Notes: generated by a model from the letters alone, not told the origin. Positions 24,330 through 39,344 are shown, counted from the stretch's first letter. The stretch is 64,000 nucleotides of DNA from Octopus vulgaris (GCA_951406725.2 OX597817.1:64790001-64854000); one strand, 5' to 3'. Program-made: numbers and translations.

Positions 24330-25459
24330 GTAAGTAGAAGCAAGGTGGGGCAGGTCTCAGGCCAATCTGATTCTACTTTTAAAAGTGCTTTTTTTTTTTA
24401 ATGATATTAAAATTTAATAAGACAGTGGCGGCAGTGGTTGTTTTCAGTATGTGTGTGGGGGTGTATATATGCAAAAGTTAACAGCGACTCTATTTTTAAT
24501 GATCGAACGCTTTATTAGACTTAAAATGGATGATAGTCAGCCTGCCATGGAGTTGAAATCATTCTGTCTCCATTTATATTTTTACTTTTAAAAAAATTGT
24601 ATTACTTTTCAATAAAATCAAAAAATTAATTTTTCCCGGGGTTGTTGCTGAAAAAAAAAATCAAGTTAGGAAGGTTTTGCTATTTAACCACTTCCTGTTT
24701 AGTTGATAATGTTTATTATTGCTTATATCTTCCTATTCGATGCTTATTTGTTTGTTGGTAATCCAGATATTTCGTAGTGTGGATTGTGTTTGCTGTTTAA
24801 TAATCCCTCCATTTTGGGAATATGTCTCTAATTCTGCTTTGTTAACATCACTATTCTTGTGTACCCTAAAGGAGTTTTGACAGGTTGGCAGCTTTTGTAG
24901 TCGATGAAATCTTAAGTAATTTTTTTTTTTTTACTAAAATGCTGAATTCTGAGAGTTGTCAACTTCCGCTAATGAAAATAGATAATTTACTTTACGTTAT
25001 AATTTGAAATGTTTTCCAAATCAATCTGAAAGCCTGAATTTTAGATTCGTTCTTAAACCTGTTATTATTGTTGCTTTGTTTCTCTCAACCAAATCTTTAT
25101 GACAGTTTTTTTTTCATGAATCCACCGAATTTATAATAAAATGGAAGTCATTAACAAAAGTTGGTTCGGTTAATGATTACAGATATTAAAAAAAAAAAAA
25201 AAAAATTATAAATTACCGTGATAATTTTGTTTTTCAAACTAGAGTACATTAAATTTTAGGTATTTGTATCTATAATAAGCTTTCATATCTCGATTCTCAA
25301 AACAGATCTTGAATTGTTTTCAATTTGTATCTTAATTAGTAATACTGATTATCTTTTTCTGTATCCAACCATTCATGGAAATTTTGTAGGTCTAAACAAG
25401 TTAAATAATATTTGTAGCTAGTAATTTATCATTGAACTAAGTTGCATATCACTCATTCT

Positions 25460-25590
25460 GGTCGAAAGAGCCTCTCTGTGATCACTCGATCTGCTAGAAA
25501 TAACATCCAAAATAGACAGGCTGGTCACGGGTAGAATGCGGTTGGTCATGTCTTCTCGATCACGGTTGACTCGGTGCTTAACAACAGACA
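25460..25590. repeat. Old interspersed repeat family (core ctgctagaaatagc); other copies near 8830-9470, 31650, 37050-37230, 37590, 51790 and 55250
   Basis: Recurrent degenerate motif tgatcactcgatctgctagaaata in both orientations. Confidence 0.55.
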
Positions 25591-28319
25591 GTAACATTTA
25601 TGTTGACAATGTTACCCGGTTGTTCAACCGTCAATATTGATTACAAATGAAGATAAATTTAGTCTCAGATTGTAAAAAATTCAACATTTTGAAACAGTTT
25701 ATATAAATATCGTTGTATATTAATTTTTATTGGATATATTTCACTGTTCTATTTCTATCGACGACTTTTTCTCATTTTGTTTCAGTTTCTACTAGTAGTT
25801 AATAGGTTTTCCCCCTCTCCCATTAAAATAAAATTAAGACTTCGAAAGACAAAAAACAAAAAAACTCGTTTATTATAACTGGTCAGTTAGTGTATGTACT
25901 GTTGCAAAATGTTTAGATTGTTTGGTATTAATAATATGAAAGAAATGTATTTCATGTAGGTCATCATATATTGCCTAAATACTAAATACTGAGCAGCCAA
26001 TGCTGGACTTACTATATGTTCATCCTGTAGGCTAAATTGTGATAGAACTAATTAATCAGTGAGCAAAAGCCAATATCTAAAAACAATGTTTGAATTGGCT
26101 ATTTGAGGTACCTTTAAATTTTTCGTGACTAAATGGTTAATGAAATTTATATATAGCTTATGAACTTCAATTAATTTAAAAAATAATTTTAGGGGATATT
26201 ATCAAAACAACTAACTTCGTTGACTTCAAGTTGATATTTGAAAGATTAAAGTTTTATATAAAAAGTTTAAATATCACTTTAAAATGGATCGATTGGTATC
26301 AGAAGAGTTTAAAATGTTTGTTGTATAATTTTATTCAGTTTTAGTTAAAGAGCCAGTTCATTTTGTTGTGTACTGTAATGTCTCAAATATTTGAAGATGC
26401 CACATTATATTTGTTAAATGAACAATTATTTTAAATTTGGGACTTTCAGCTTTGTTGGAAAGTTCACTTTAACAAGAAGTTCATGTGTAGACTCCATTTC
26501 ACAAACATCACCCCTGTTTGATCCACATATGTACCAGGTAATTAAGAGGGAAACTGTAGGACATAAATCATTTTTTGTTTTTGCAATTGAAATATAACTG
26601 CAGCTTCCTTTATATATTTTAATGAAATTGTATTTCTGTCATTTATAATTGACTAATTTCATAAAGTATCATGCTACTTGCATAAAGTTTGGTCTTTTTC
26701 TTGTACATATTGTGCTTTAGTTTTTAGAATAGGTACATTGTATCTTTGCATGTTAGAGGCACAATAAGCATCCACTATAAATCACTACTTCAAGAAGTCC
26801 TACCCAACCCATGTCAACATGAAACGAAGAGGCAGATGTAAAAATGAGTATGACAGTAAGGATGTCCTAAGTTTTGCAGCATCTTTGATGCATTTAATTC
26901 TTCAAGGCTCATTCAACAAAGCTGTGCTTGGAACTTTGGTGGTAATTGTGATAGTACTGTATAATTGACAAATGTCTCAGATTGAATTGCTGAATGCACA
27001 TCCTCCTATGATTCTGAAGAAAGCAACAATAAAACCATGCTGAATCTAGTCTCCTTCAATCACCACCTAAGAAATGAGGTATTTTGTGATGCCTCAATGA
27101 ATTAAAATATAAAATTCTATTTCTTGGATTTGTAGCTTTTTATGGCTACATGCAAGTTTTGCTGGATATCTGACACAGTTTCAATGAAAAACTGTTTTAT
27201 TGATATGAGAAAGTATATGTGAATTAGTAAAAAAAGCTTGCAGTAATATAGCTTATTCAGGAATGGGTAGTTTAAGTCTTAGTGGAGAGTAAAGGATGTC
27301 TGAGTTATTATTTGAGCAGTGCAAGAGAACAGAAACAGCTGTACTGATTTATAGGTAAAAATCATGTTATATCAAATTCAATAATACATGAACATTCTGA
27401 ATTCAAATCATGTGAAGGTTAATTTTGCTTCTGTCATTCTGATGCTTCGTTTAAGTGCTAGGTCAGCTGAATTACCTATATCCTTCCATAGAGTTTATGA
27501 CCTTGTGCTTTGTGTTAGAAATCTATATTTAATAGGAGAAATAGGTTGGAATAACCAGTTGATTTGAGTCAGCAAGGTCTTGTGATCAGTTTGGCCAAGT
27601 ATCATGTTTTCTATTTAAAATTCATTGGATTTGAGCGGTAATATTTAAGTTGGTGATTTAAAATGTGTTGCAAGTTTAACCTCGACAGTGATGCAGAGCT
27701 AATTAAATCAACCATTTGCTTTTTTCTTTTTTTTACCTTTCCAAAATGTATACTTTATTGTATGTTGAACTCTCTGGAGATAATTTTGAAAAATTAAAAA
27801 AAAATTGTAGCTCTGTGCAAAAGCAAAAAAAGTAATAAATAAAACAAACACTTGGAAATTTCATAACAGCTTATTGATGTTTAAAAAAATATCATTCTTG
27901 ATCATAAAATGAAATCTCAAGGTAATTTTTGATTTACAACAATTAACAATCAATTTTCCTTGTTCTTTTACTTAAAAAGAAGGAAGCAGCATTAATTGAT
28001 TAAAAACTATGAAGAAAATATTTCTAGTAATGAGATGAAATGAAATATGTATTTAAAAAAAAGTCCTTCAGCAGAACTCTACATGTACTCTCTCTGATAA
28101 CTCAACAGTGATTGATTTCATGCACAAACTAGGTTAATGTAGGCTTGTCCCATAATAAAGAAAGAAAATAATAATCAATGGGGCAAATGTTCTGTGAAGC
28201 CTTAAAAGTTGATTCTACACTTTGACTAAGTGAATAGTTTCATATCAATAAAATAATAGATTTGTCAATCATGTTGAAGTTATCCTAATCCAATTTGTCC
28301 TGTTTTAAAAAGAGAAGAC

Positions 28320-28700
28320 GACGCAGGACTGGCTGTGTGGTAAGTAGCTTGCTTACCAACCACATGGTTCTGAGTTCAGTCCCACTGCGTGGCACCGTGG
28401 GTGTCTTCTACTATAGCTTCAGGCCGACCAAAGCCTTGTGAGTGGATTTGGTAGACAGAAACTGATAGAAGCCCATCGTGTGTATATATATATATATATA
28501 TGTGTGTGTGTCTGTGTTTGTCCCCACAACATCGCTTGGCAACCAGTGCTGGTGTGTTTATGTCCCTGTAACTTAGCGGTTCGGCAAAAGAGACAGATAG
28601 AACAAGTACTAGGCTTGCAAAGAATAAATCCTGGGGTCGATTTGTTTGACTAAAGGCAATGCTCCAGCATGGCTGGTCAAATGACAAACGAATAAAAGAA
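28320..28700 (+). mobile_element. SINE family A, full length
   Basis: Same head and body as 15083-15410, with internal (TA)n(TG)n. Confidence 0.9.
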
Positions 28701-30784
28701 TTTGTGACTAATGTGTTTTCTCAGAGAATGAGTCTTTAGATAACTCTAAATTTTCAGTTTATTTGAAGTTGAAAGTTTAAACATTTACTAGAGTTTTAAT
28801 AAATAATTTTTGCCTGCTTCTTGAATTGATATTAAAATATGAACATAGAATGATTGAAGTAAGCAGGTTCATTTTGATCTGCTAATATATAGTAAAAGCA
28901 CAAAGCTTAACGAAGTTCTAGATCTGTCTAAATATGGTGATATCACTTAATGTTGCACATTTTTATTACTTTAAATTATTCAATTTATTCAATTGTAATT
29001 GTCATTTTTCAATATATTCCCATTTGAAAATACATCCTTATGTCCTGTTCTATAAGTTGCATTGATGTTTAGAGCAGCACTTGCTCCAGACAAATGTTTC
29101 CGTACCTAACATACTCAAATTTTGTAATTTCTGTTGGTTTTTGTGAATTTTGGTTGAACTCATCTTCAATAGTTTTCTCATTGATTATCAATAACATACA
29201 CACTATAGACCTATAGTCTTAGTTTTATTCAACATATTCCCATAAATCTTTTATATTTCTTTTTATGTCACATCCTGAGAAAGCCTATTTTTATTGAGTG
29301 AAACTAAATCAAGGATTGATATTATCTTAACTGACAGTGAGGGCTGTAGTGGCATTCATGTCAGTAAATAGCAGATATTAATGCTATCCAGTGCTGAACT
29401 CAACTGTTTTGAATTTAGATTCTGCTTGGATCAACTTTACTTTCTCATCTTTTCAAAATGTATAACGATGTATTGATTATATGAACAATGTTCCCCTCTT
29501 GCAAATTTTGCTTTGTTTCTAGTAAAAGGAAAAAGATAACTTAGATCAGAACTGTTGATTGACAATGGTAAGCAACTAGTACATAAGAATCCAGTTTCAG
29601 TTTCTTTTTGACATTGTATCACTTCTTTATGTTTCAGATCTATTTGGAGTAAGGCTTAAGCCTTCTTGATACTTTTGTCTTGTCAGAAGAAATCAGTAAA
29701 TCTTGAGATTTATTTAACTTCAATAAATGTTATTCAGTCTGAACAAGTAGTGTTGACTAGCACTTTGATTGTTGCTTAGGAATGAAGAGAGACTGATTGT
29801 TTTACTGTAATGAGGTACTATGGTTGGAACTACTGTCAATTTAGGTCATGGCTTGAAACCACACCATGTTACTTCTTCCAATTGTAGCTGAAAAGCAGGT
29901 ATCATAACTATATTTCTGTTCAGTAAAAGGGAGTTATGCATACTTTTCAACTGTGCAGGGCACAAATGTAGCAATTATATATTATCAAATTTCCATAACT
30001 ATTCTCTTGATTTTCCAAAAGTCTTTCTCTATGAACACAGCAATGTTAGCTGTAACTTAATACTTGAATTTTTGTTCAGTTTTGCAAGAAATCAATTCCT
30101 TTGATTTACCTTATCCCCAAAAACTTGCTAGGAGATATCAATGTCATCTTTTTTTTTTAATGAGTTAACTTTGTGCCAAGTCCATATTTGCAGTTTTCTG
30201 AGATTTTAAATCAGAGCTTGCATATTTTTCTCAGGTCCAATTTTATACAGTTGCTATGAAAAATGTTTTGTGTGAAAATCTATTAATTTCTATAGTTTCA
30301 ACAATTTATGAACAGTTTGTTTTCAAACTCAGAGTTGCATATCTAGTGCATTTCTTACTTTTAATTTGTCTTGTTTCTTGGTAGTTTTCTTATAAAGTTA
30401 GTTGATTCAATAAAATGTAGTCCTAAAGCCAATAATTTTAAAGAAAGGTTAAAATTAGTTCTGAAGACTCTTATATAATTTTCAGTTTGCAGTATAATAT
30501 GATTACTATACACCTTTCTCCTTGATAGCATACAACATTATATAACTCATTCTCTGGCATTGCTAGCTAATTTTCTTTTTTAAGAAATATACTTTTATTT
30601 CATAGGTTACTACTAAAAGTCTGTCAATTTTGGCATTCCCTAGATATTGACATACAAGGCCCTCTGGCATCTGATAAAAAAATATCAATGATATGATAAA
30701 TTTACTGTATTTGTAATTTTCTTTATATTATATACTTTTGGATGAGATGTATTCCAAATGACAGTGTGATAAAGGAAAAAAACC

Positions 30785-31110
30785 AAACAAAATGAAGAAT
30801 TTTGTTTTAATATCCACTTTTCCCTGCTTGCATGGGTCAGACAGAATTGATTGAGGCAGATATTCCATGTCTTGATGTCCTCCCTCTTGCCAACGCTCAC
30901 CTATTTCCAAGCAAGGTAATATTTTCTTATGGTGGACATGTTTATACAGTTCAGAAATAAATGGCTTGGCTTTTTTAGAGCTATTGTATGATGTCAAAAC
31001 AAATTGCGCTCACATGCTTACACACTTGCATGTGCGTGTGTGTGGTAGTTAGAATTTGTTGAGGCAGATTTTCTATGGCTGGATGTCCTTCCTGTCACCA
31101 ACCTTCATCT
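30785..31110 (-). mobile_element. RTE-related 3' tail fragments, partly duplicated
   Basis: tttaatatccacttttccctgcttgcatggg; ttgaggcagat...gatgtcct...ttccaagcaagg occurs twice. Confidence 0.55.
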
Positions 31111-31756
31111 GTTTCTAAGCAAGGTTTTGTGTGTGTATACATATATATCATATATATATATATATCCTTAGTTCAGTTAAAAAAGGATTCTAGTTTGAAT
31201 GTAGCCTTTGGATTCTTCAAATCCAAGAACATGCTACCTTATTTATGATTATGGGTCAGATTTATCAAAGTCTAGTGTAGATACTACAAATATACACACT
31301 ATAGATGAAGTTAATCACCCAGAAAATTATATTGTCAGCATTCATAACTGAATTTCTTGTTCTTGCATATAACCAATTTTGCCTAGTTGTGTGATTCTTT
31401 GTTAGAAATTGTGTTTTACTATGTCAACTGTGATATATTTAATTTTTTTTTATCTGTTATTCAATGGAGAACAATCTAGAGCCAAGAAACAAGCCTCTAG
31501 AAAAGGGTCTAAAAACCATTTTATATTCCTAGTTGAAGCTACTTAAGCTGCTGCTGCTTGTGCAAAAACAAACATCATACAATCTCATTGCCTTCTATAA
31601 ATTTCTAGTCCTGTATTTAGTAAAGCAAACTAATATCACAAGCCAATGGAGCCCCTGCATGGATACTTGACCAAGTAGAAATAACTAAATCTCCCTCAAA
31701 TCTCACCTGTCTTAAATAAAAATACATCAGATCATATGAACCCTGATATACAAAAG

Positions 31757-31915
31757 TCCACTCTTGGAGTGGTTGGTGTTAAGAAGGGCATCCAGCTGTA
31801 AAATCCTTGCCAAAACAGACACTAGCCTAGGGTAGTTTTTCTACCTGGCCGATTCCTGTCAACCATCCTACCCATGCATGCATGGAAGATGGATGTTAAA
31901 CAATGATGATGATGA
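31757..31915 (+). mobile_element. RTE 3' tail fragment
   Basis: gagtggttgg...gggcatccagctgta...gttaaacaatgatgatgatg. Confidence 0.75.
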
Positions 31916-32448
31916 CATGGTCAATGCTGGAGCACTTATTGATATTTATCTTTTATCAGCTTTATAAATTAATAAAAGGCTCTTTTCATTATTTATATTT
32001 TACTAGTTGTCTTTCTTGGGTTCATAAACAAGTAAGAGCCAAGTACTGAGCTTCATCTAATCAACTGTATCCCCACTCCTTAGTTTGTAATCTTGTTCCC
32101 TTCTTAGTTATTATAGTTAATTATTTGTCAATAATTATCAACTGAAAGAAATTATGTTAGCTAAATTAATGTTGTGAAAAGTAATTTGTTGAAGCAGAAC
32201 TACAGAGGTGGTTAATTGATTGACTGTAGAAGCCCTACTTTTAGCATAAGTATGATGCTCTGTGGTTTTGAGAACATAAACGATATGGTAATTTGTAGAG
32301 GGAAATGTTGCTGTTACATTGAACAAGTCAAATATCTACCTGGGAGTTCTCTCATAGACTTACGAAAATAAGTGATATATACTGATAAACCTTGCTTAAT
32401 ACTTTATTATAAATAAAATAATAAGCATAAATGTTTGTGAAAAAACAA

Positions 32449-32483
<35 letters not shown>

Positions 32484-32529
32484 TACAAGTAAAACCAAAG
32501 CTATACTAAATCACACAAAGTTTTTATGC

Positions 32530-34299
32530 AAAAATATTTAACTGTATGACAGCTAGCACTTGTGTTTGGAGAAACATGGTCCTGGACCTTTTTCATCCCC
32601 CAGGCATTCTCATGTCACTACAGACACAACATTCCTTTTCTTTGTCTTGAGGGATGGTGACCATGCCTCTAGTCTCCTCAGAGGGTCTATGTAATCCTTG
32701 ATCAAGGCCTTAACAACTAAAACACAAAACCTATATCAAGGCATGACATGTCAATCTGATGTGTGTTCCTTGTAAAGTATATATGAGTTCAGCATTCTGG
32801 AGAGAATGTTGAAAGTTACTTTTTTCCAGTATTTTAATGTCCTTCCCTCATCTAAATAGCTATACAGCTACATGTTAACATGGTCTACCCCTCCCATGTA
32901 CTTGTACTCAAGCACAGAGAAGAGCTTGCTAGCATGTGCTGCAACTCCACAGGTTTGGCCTCGTCTTCTCTGTTCCACCTACTGACTCAACTTTCTCCTT
33001 GGTAGAGCACAACAGCACAGCATTCTTTTGGTGGGGACTTCTCGTGGAATGTTGTGACCAAGATTTGTCCCAGTCTGAAGTTAAGACTCTCACCTGGTTA
33101 TAGCTGTACTTTTAGGCCTTTTGAAAGCTCCTTTCTGTTTCTCTGAACTGTTCTCATGATGTGGTTGCTGTTTCCAGTCAGTTCATGGACTAGGAGCATT
33201 CTGGTAAAAAAAATTGTCCACAAAAACAGGATATCCTTTGTCAAGATAGTTCCCAAAACTCAGCTGCTTCATAACAACATAATGGGACAGACCTGTTTCA
33301 TTTTCTGTCTTGCTTTACCTCTGTAGACAAAGCCCAGTAGATAAGCTGAAACAGTCACTCAACATTCACAGCTTGATGTCCCATTTGTGGTGATGCTTGT
33401 TGGGCAAATACTCCATCAGCTGAGTTCTGTTCTTTGTCTCAGTCAAATTTTCTTCAACACACTTCTCTGTTGTGAATATTGGTGACGAAACATCCTATTT
33501 GCATGGTCAGTGATTGGAGAAAACTGTACAAAGATCATAGTTCACATCTTGAGGACCTGGTTGATTCCTATTATCCACCATGTGAAAAAATTTCAACAGA
33601 AGTTCAAACCTGCATCTGGTCATCAGCTGGTTGAACCAGGGTGTGGTTTGTGATGTCAAATGAGACCAATAGAGTTTGATGGTTGGTTTTCTCAGTAGCT
33701 CCACATTGAGAATTGCAGCAATGAGTGCCTTTATCTCTGCACCTGATGTTGAGGTCCATTTCCTGGTGATTGATGCAGGTTTCAGTCTGGTTTTGGCCAG
33801 AAACTGTCTTGCATAACGGTTTGTCTTTGTCAATTAGTCTGTCAAAAACAGCAGGAAATCTACAATAGGAGCACTTTCTTTTGGTTCAGTGGATTCAAAC
33901 TGGTAGAGATCATCATGATCCAGTTCAGTATCATGGATCCTGAACCACGGCATCGGTCCAGAATAAGTCTCTTTTTCACATTCTGTTTCACTTTCCACGG
34001 ATTCTTCAATATTTTCATCTGTGCTTTTTTCAAAATCACCAGAATCATTTGTATCAAACTCACTACTTGCCTTGTAACTTTAATCAGAATTGCTCATCTT
34101 TGCAGTGAGTACTTATAGGTAAAAATGAATAGAAACTCACTAAACGCAAAAATGGCAACAGGAAATCTACTGAAAGATGATCTCTGTCTATTACATTTCA
34201 AAACCAACCATTTATTTCATTGGGTTGATGGATTGACTTCAAAGTTCTTTCAGCTTATATCACTTGGGCTGATCAATTGGCCCAGGTGTCCCAAGAGGG
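32530..34299 (-). mobile_element. Decayed piggyBac transposon (PGBD4-like transposase pseudogene)
   Basis: TNRYA...EIKA...YWS...MTRCRFELLLKFFH (ORF 33507-33833), GYPVFVDNFF, KYMGGVD and a C-terminal Cys cluster; 5' end TTAA-CCC (TTAA at 34300-34303). Confidence 0.88.
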
Positions 34300-34480
34300 T
34301 TAACTCTTGGTTTATGTATGATTATAATTTTTTGAACATGTAATCTCTTTTAATATTCACATATTTAACATTTACATCTACTCTGATTAAATCAGTTGGT
34401 TCTCTGATCATCTTCACGTGGTTTATTCCTGCACATACATAATGTTGAATTGGATTTGAAGTAGGAATCTTTATTTCTAA

Positions 34481-35308
34481 TATGAGGTGGTACCAAAAAG
34501 TTTCCAGACTAGCTCTGTTGAGCAGTGAGAGCTAGCAGTGGCCTTCATGAGACAGTGTGCTGAGTGACATTGCTGTATTTACTTTGCAAGTTGTGAAATT
34601 TGTGTTTTTGTATATGCTGTGCTCTGTGATTTTGTCATGGACAGAAACAAAGAGCAAACATGAAATTGTGTGTTAAACTTGGGGAGTCTTCTACGGAGAT
34701 ATTGAGCATGCTTTTGCAAGCTTATGGCAACAAGGCAATGGGTCTTATGTAATGTTTCAATGGCACAGGCACTTCAAAAGTGGAAGAATGTCACTGGAAG
34801 ACGATGAGTGGTCTGGAAGATCCCCCCCTGAAATGTAGTATTGTGCATTGAGAATTTGTCCACCAGGACCAGACCATCAATCGAGAGTTCTAATGTGACG
34901 TTTTGGAAGTGTTTGAGGGAGGACATTTGGCATAAGTGACCTGATCTGTGCAGTGCGAAGTATTGGATTCACTGAGCTCTCTTCACTCATGTATTTCTCA
35001 CCAAAAACATGTTATTGCTTCTACACCTGCCCTATTTGCCAGATCTTGCACCTGTGGACTTCATCTCTTCCCCAAGATGAAAATGCAGGTCAGAGGTCAC
35101 TGTTTTAACATCCAGAATGAATCGCTGAAGGTTTGTAACTCACTTACGGAAAATGACTTCGCGGCAGGATTTCAAAAGTGGCAGGAACGCTGGGACCAGT
35201 GTATTGCTCTGCAGGGTGACTATTTTGAAGATGATGTTAAAACTTAGGTAAATAAGTTATTTTTTATTAAACATAACTAGTCTGGGAATCTTTTGATACC
35301 ACCTCATG
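34481..35308 (+). mobile_element. Internally deleted mariner element
   Basis: TIRs tgaggtggtaccaaaaagtttccagactag and ctagtctgggaatcttttgataccacctca; peptides SLEDDEWSGR, LFPKMK and FQKWQERWDQCIALQGDYFE. Confidence 0.9.
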
Positions 35309-37952
35309 TACACTATGAGGAATAATGCTCTTATCCACTCTGTTGCTGACGCACACTTCCAGAAACAAGACATTTGATGATGATGGGAGATCAACTCAAT
35401 TCAAATGAAGTATTGATATTAAAAAAAGAAGTTTTATTTTTAAAGATGAAGTTAAAAGTCTAACAAATTATATTTGTATTAATAGCAATTCATTGCAGAC
35501 ATTTAAATATGTATGGAAAAATAGTACTTAGAGTAGGATTTCAAATACAGTGGATTGTCTTTTCTACAAAGCATATTCTAAGCAGACTGTTTGATTGAAC
35601 GTTGTTTTAATTTGGATACACTTGTTTCATTCCTGTTTACAAAATATTTTCTGTTGAAAATCTGTTGAACATTCCATTTTATATCAGTATCTAGGTGTAT
35701 TAGTTTTCTGTGTAGAATATTGGTTAATAAGTTAGCTGTAGGAAATTTTGAAATTATTTATCAGAATCTTAGTGCATACAGTCTGTAACAAGAAATGATA
35801 TATCATGAAGACAAGTGAATCTGAATTATACAGAAACTATTTTACTATTGCACATACTCCAAACCTATTGTTAAAAAAACAACCACCCTTAAAACATCGA
35901 ATTCCATGTACCATCTGTTCTTAAACTTGAAGCCTTCATTTGCTTGTGTAATTGTATATGTTCTATGTATTAGCAAGTTATAAGAGGTTTGTTTTCAATT
36001 GTTTGAATATACTGGTTCTGTCACATTCTTTTAGTTTTCATCAAACCTTCAGAAAATGCTATATATTATATCAATATATACTATATATACTAAAATATAA
36101 TAAATGTTTGTTTAGCTTTTATTTTGTTTTTAGGACTTATCAACTTGTCCTTTCTTAACCATTTATTTACCCCATGTTATCACATCCTTTGTAAATCCTC
36201 TTTAATGATTTTTATTCACAATTTTTAGGACGTCTTGTGGACAAATAGGCTGTCCCTAAATTAATTTTGGTTCTTAATGTAATGCAGAAGCAATGCAGAT
36301 GAGTGGATAAAATATTAACCTACCTGTTCATGGATCGTGACTTCAAGTGTACTGCGAGTATTCTGTTTCTAGGCAAAGCACTTTAATCTTAGGTGCTCAT
36401 TAGCTGTTGGAAATAAACATGTTTATTTCTATTATGGACAGATGGGCACAGACATAAGTGTGTGGTTCGTAGTTCACTTTGCAACTCCTAGTTTGATCCA
36501 ACTGTGTAGAACATCATAATTCTCCTCAGGTTGATCAAAGCCATGTAAAATTTAGTAGATGCAAATGTGGAAGTCTGTCGGAGACACTGTTTCTGTTCTA
36601 GGATAGTAGGATTAATCCATTCTCTCTTTAAACACCACCATCTGGATCTTGGATGCCTTTAGTGTAGTCCATTTTGTTGCAAACATTCAAGTCAAGTTTC
36701 GAGTCAGATGATAACTTCTTTGCTTCTCTTTTGTATCAGAGGCCCTATAAGAAAGGTAATAAGCACTGCCCTTCCTCCTATGATTAAGCCCATAAAAAGG
36801 TATTAGTGAATTGCTCTCACAATACAGATTTGATTCCCTGTCAAAGAACTGCTTCTTTAATGTTCTTTGGATAGAGATAAGTGTCATATTTTCCAATGTC
36901 TCTTCTCATATTGATTTCATACTTGTGTAAGGAATCATTCATATTTCTAATTAGGTCCATACCTTCACTACACTACATTATTAACTACTAGTTTTTTTAC
37001 TCCTGAAAGATAGAAAACTAAGTTTCCTCAAAAACGTAGGCACTGATAAATCAGATTTATGATCAAATGGCAATGCAGCTATGACCATCTCATTTTTCTC
37101 AGGCATAGTGTATCTAGAATTATTTTATCCAATGTATCTGTACCTTTTAAGATATCGAGGTGTAATGAAGAGGATTTGATTGCTGTTTCTGGCAGGTTGA
37201 GTGATCACATAAAAGCTCCTTCATTGGCTTGTAGTAGTAATATGAGGTTCAAAACTCAGCACTCTCCATAAATATTTTGTGACAATTTAACCATTGTAAA
37301 GCATAAAGTAATAAATAGTTATAATACTGTTTAGTTTTAATCATTAGGTGTAAGCCCAATCAACTGGAATTTGTGAACATAGCTGTTTACATTTGCTAGT
37401 AACTTAATACTATCTTTGAATTTGTACATGTTTTAGAGGAAAATTTATGCTTGCTTTTTTTGATATTTTGATTTGCTCTTTTAGTTTACAAGTTGATATT
37501 ATTAGAAATTCTCTGGAATAAATACTGTTGATTGGTTTACAGAGCAGGCCTCATGTTTTATTAAACTAGTATAAATGAATATATATAGTTATTCAACTTT
37601 CTGCAAATAGTAGCCAAATCTCTTGCCAATCACATCTTATAATCTTAGAAAGATGAAGGTTAATGTAGTCTTATATACACTTTGCTGAAATAAAAGTATG
37701 ATATACTATAGGTCTAGTCAGTTGATGCTGACTTGAGAAACAACAGAATTAGTAAAATGGACGAAACGCCTTGTGATATTTAGTTCTGTTCTTTCATATT
37801 GAGTTCCAATCTGTTAGGACTGACTTTGCCTTTTAGCCTTTTGAGGTAAATAAAATAAGTACCATTCAATTTGTAACCTTGTTCCTGTGTTAGAAAGCAT
37901 TTCTCTTTTCATACAAATTAGAAAATAATTTTATTGATGTACTATATTTAAT

Positions 37953-38130
37953 ATTTAAACCGGCCATATCCGGCCAAAAATATTCTGCCTGTTTTATGTT
38001 CAAACTGGCCAGATCTGGTCTCTCACACCAACCCTACAATATCGTTTTAAAAATTAACAGCTACCTCTAGTTCAAAACAAGGTGGATGAAGAAGCATTAA
38101 TTTTGGCAGAATAATGCGAACACTAAAGGG
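37953..38130 (+). mobile_element. TTAA-type MITE, 5'-truncated (same family as 59214-59434)
   Basis: Near-identical to the 59214 copy apart from an internal deletion; ends ctaaaggg-TTAA. Confidence 0.85.
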
Positions 38131-39344
38131 TTAAGTTGAGATTTTCTGTTGAAGTTTTCACTTGAATAATGTTATGTGATTAGGTATAGAGGTAAACACA
38201 TTCAATTGTAGATTCATTTTCTCTATTTTTCCCCTCACTAAGATATATAAGTTGCAAAATGTTAATTTGCCACTGGGAAAAAAGCTTATTCCTGAGATGA
38301 GATTAAATCAGGTAAAACAACAGTGGTAGTTGATCAAAGGATAGAATAGGAATATTTGGTGGTGTTATGTTGACACAGTAATTTACAAGTACATTGTTGC
38401 ATATGATTGATTGCTAAAATATATGAAGCAAATCTCTTTTGAGAAATTGAAGTAATGAGCCAACTAGGATATCATAAAGTGACTTAGAAAAGATGTGAGT
38501 TTTTCTTTCTAGGAAGATATGTTTTAAAGGTATTTGACGACCAGCTTCTGGGATGCTAGTTCATGTCTGCTGTTTTGTTATCTCTGTATATCATTTTTTA
38601 TGTTCCTATTCATACAGCTGCTGGAAAATATGTGAGAAAGATTTCCTTCTTCATACCATTACCAGCACATCTAAAGCTGAGCTCCTTTGTTTGGCTTGAG
38701 AAGACATTTTTATATAACAGATATGTATTAGCTTCTTAATGAAAGGTTTCAGTTGTTTGTTTTACAAATAGAACTTATACAAAGTTTGTTAATGTATGAC
38801 TAGAACAGTGACAAGTTTTAAGTTTTAGCTTAATGGAAAAATTGTCAAATCTACAAATCATCTATTGATAATCATACGACGACTGACTTTTCATTTAAAA
38901 AACAAGTATTTATTAATTTCAGTTGTGGTGGTTAATGTTTTTTATACAGTTTTTAATTATAATATTAGAAAGAACAATTGATTGGAAACTGATCTTTGAA
39001 TACAGATTCAACATAGTTTGTATCAAATTTGTTGCTGTGTTGATATTTAATGAATGCGGTTTTATTATTCTCTTCCTTTAAAAGTTACTGGTGATGATCT
39101 TTTAATAGATAATTTTATTTTGTCATTGCTTAAACTATTGACTTTATGAATTAAGATATTTTAGTATATGAATTTGTATCTCCCTCCCTAAAATGCCTGA
39201 TTATTGATAACATTTGTCATTAATAGTAAACAATTGGTCTTGGATAATATTAAGTCTCATTAAGATTTATTTTGAATCACAGTTGTTTTTGCTTGTGTTG
39301 AAGATGCAAGTATCCATTACATGTGTAGAAACTTATTTTATATT

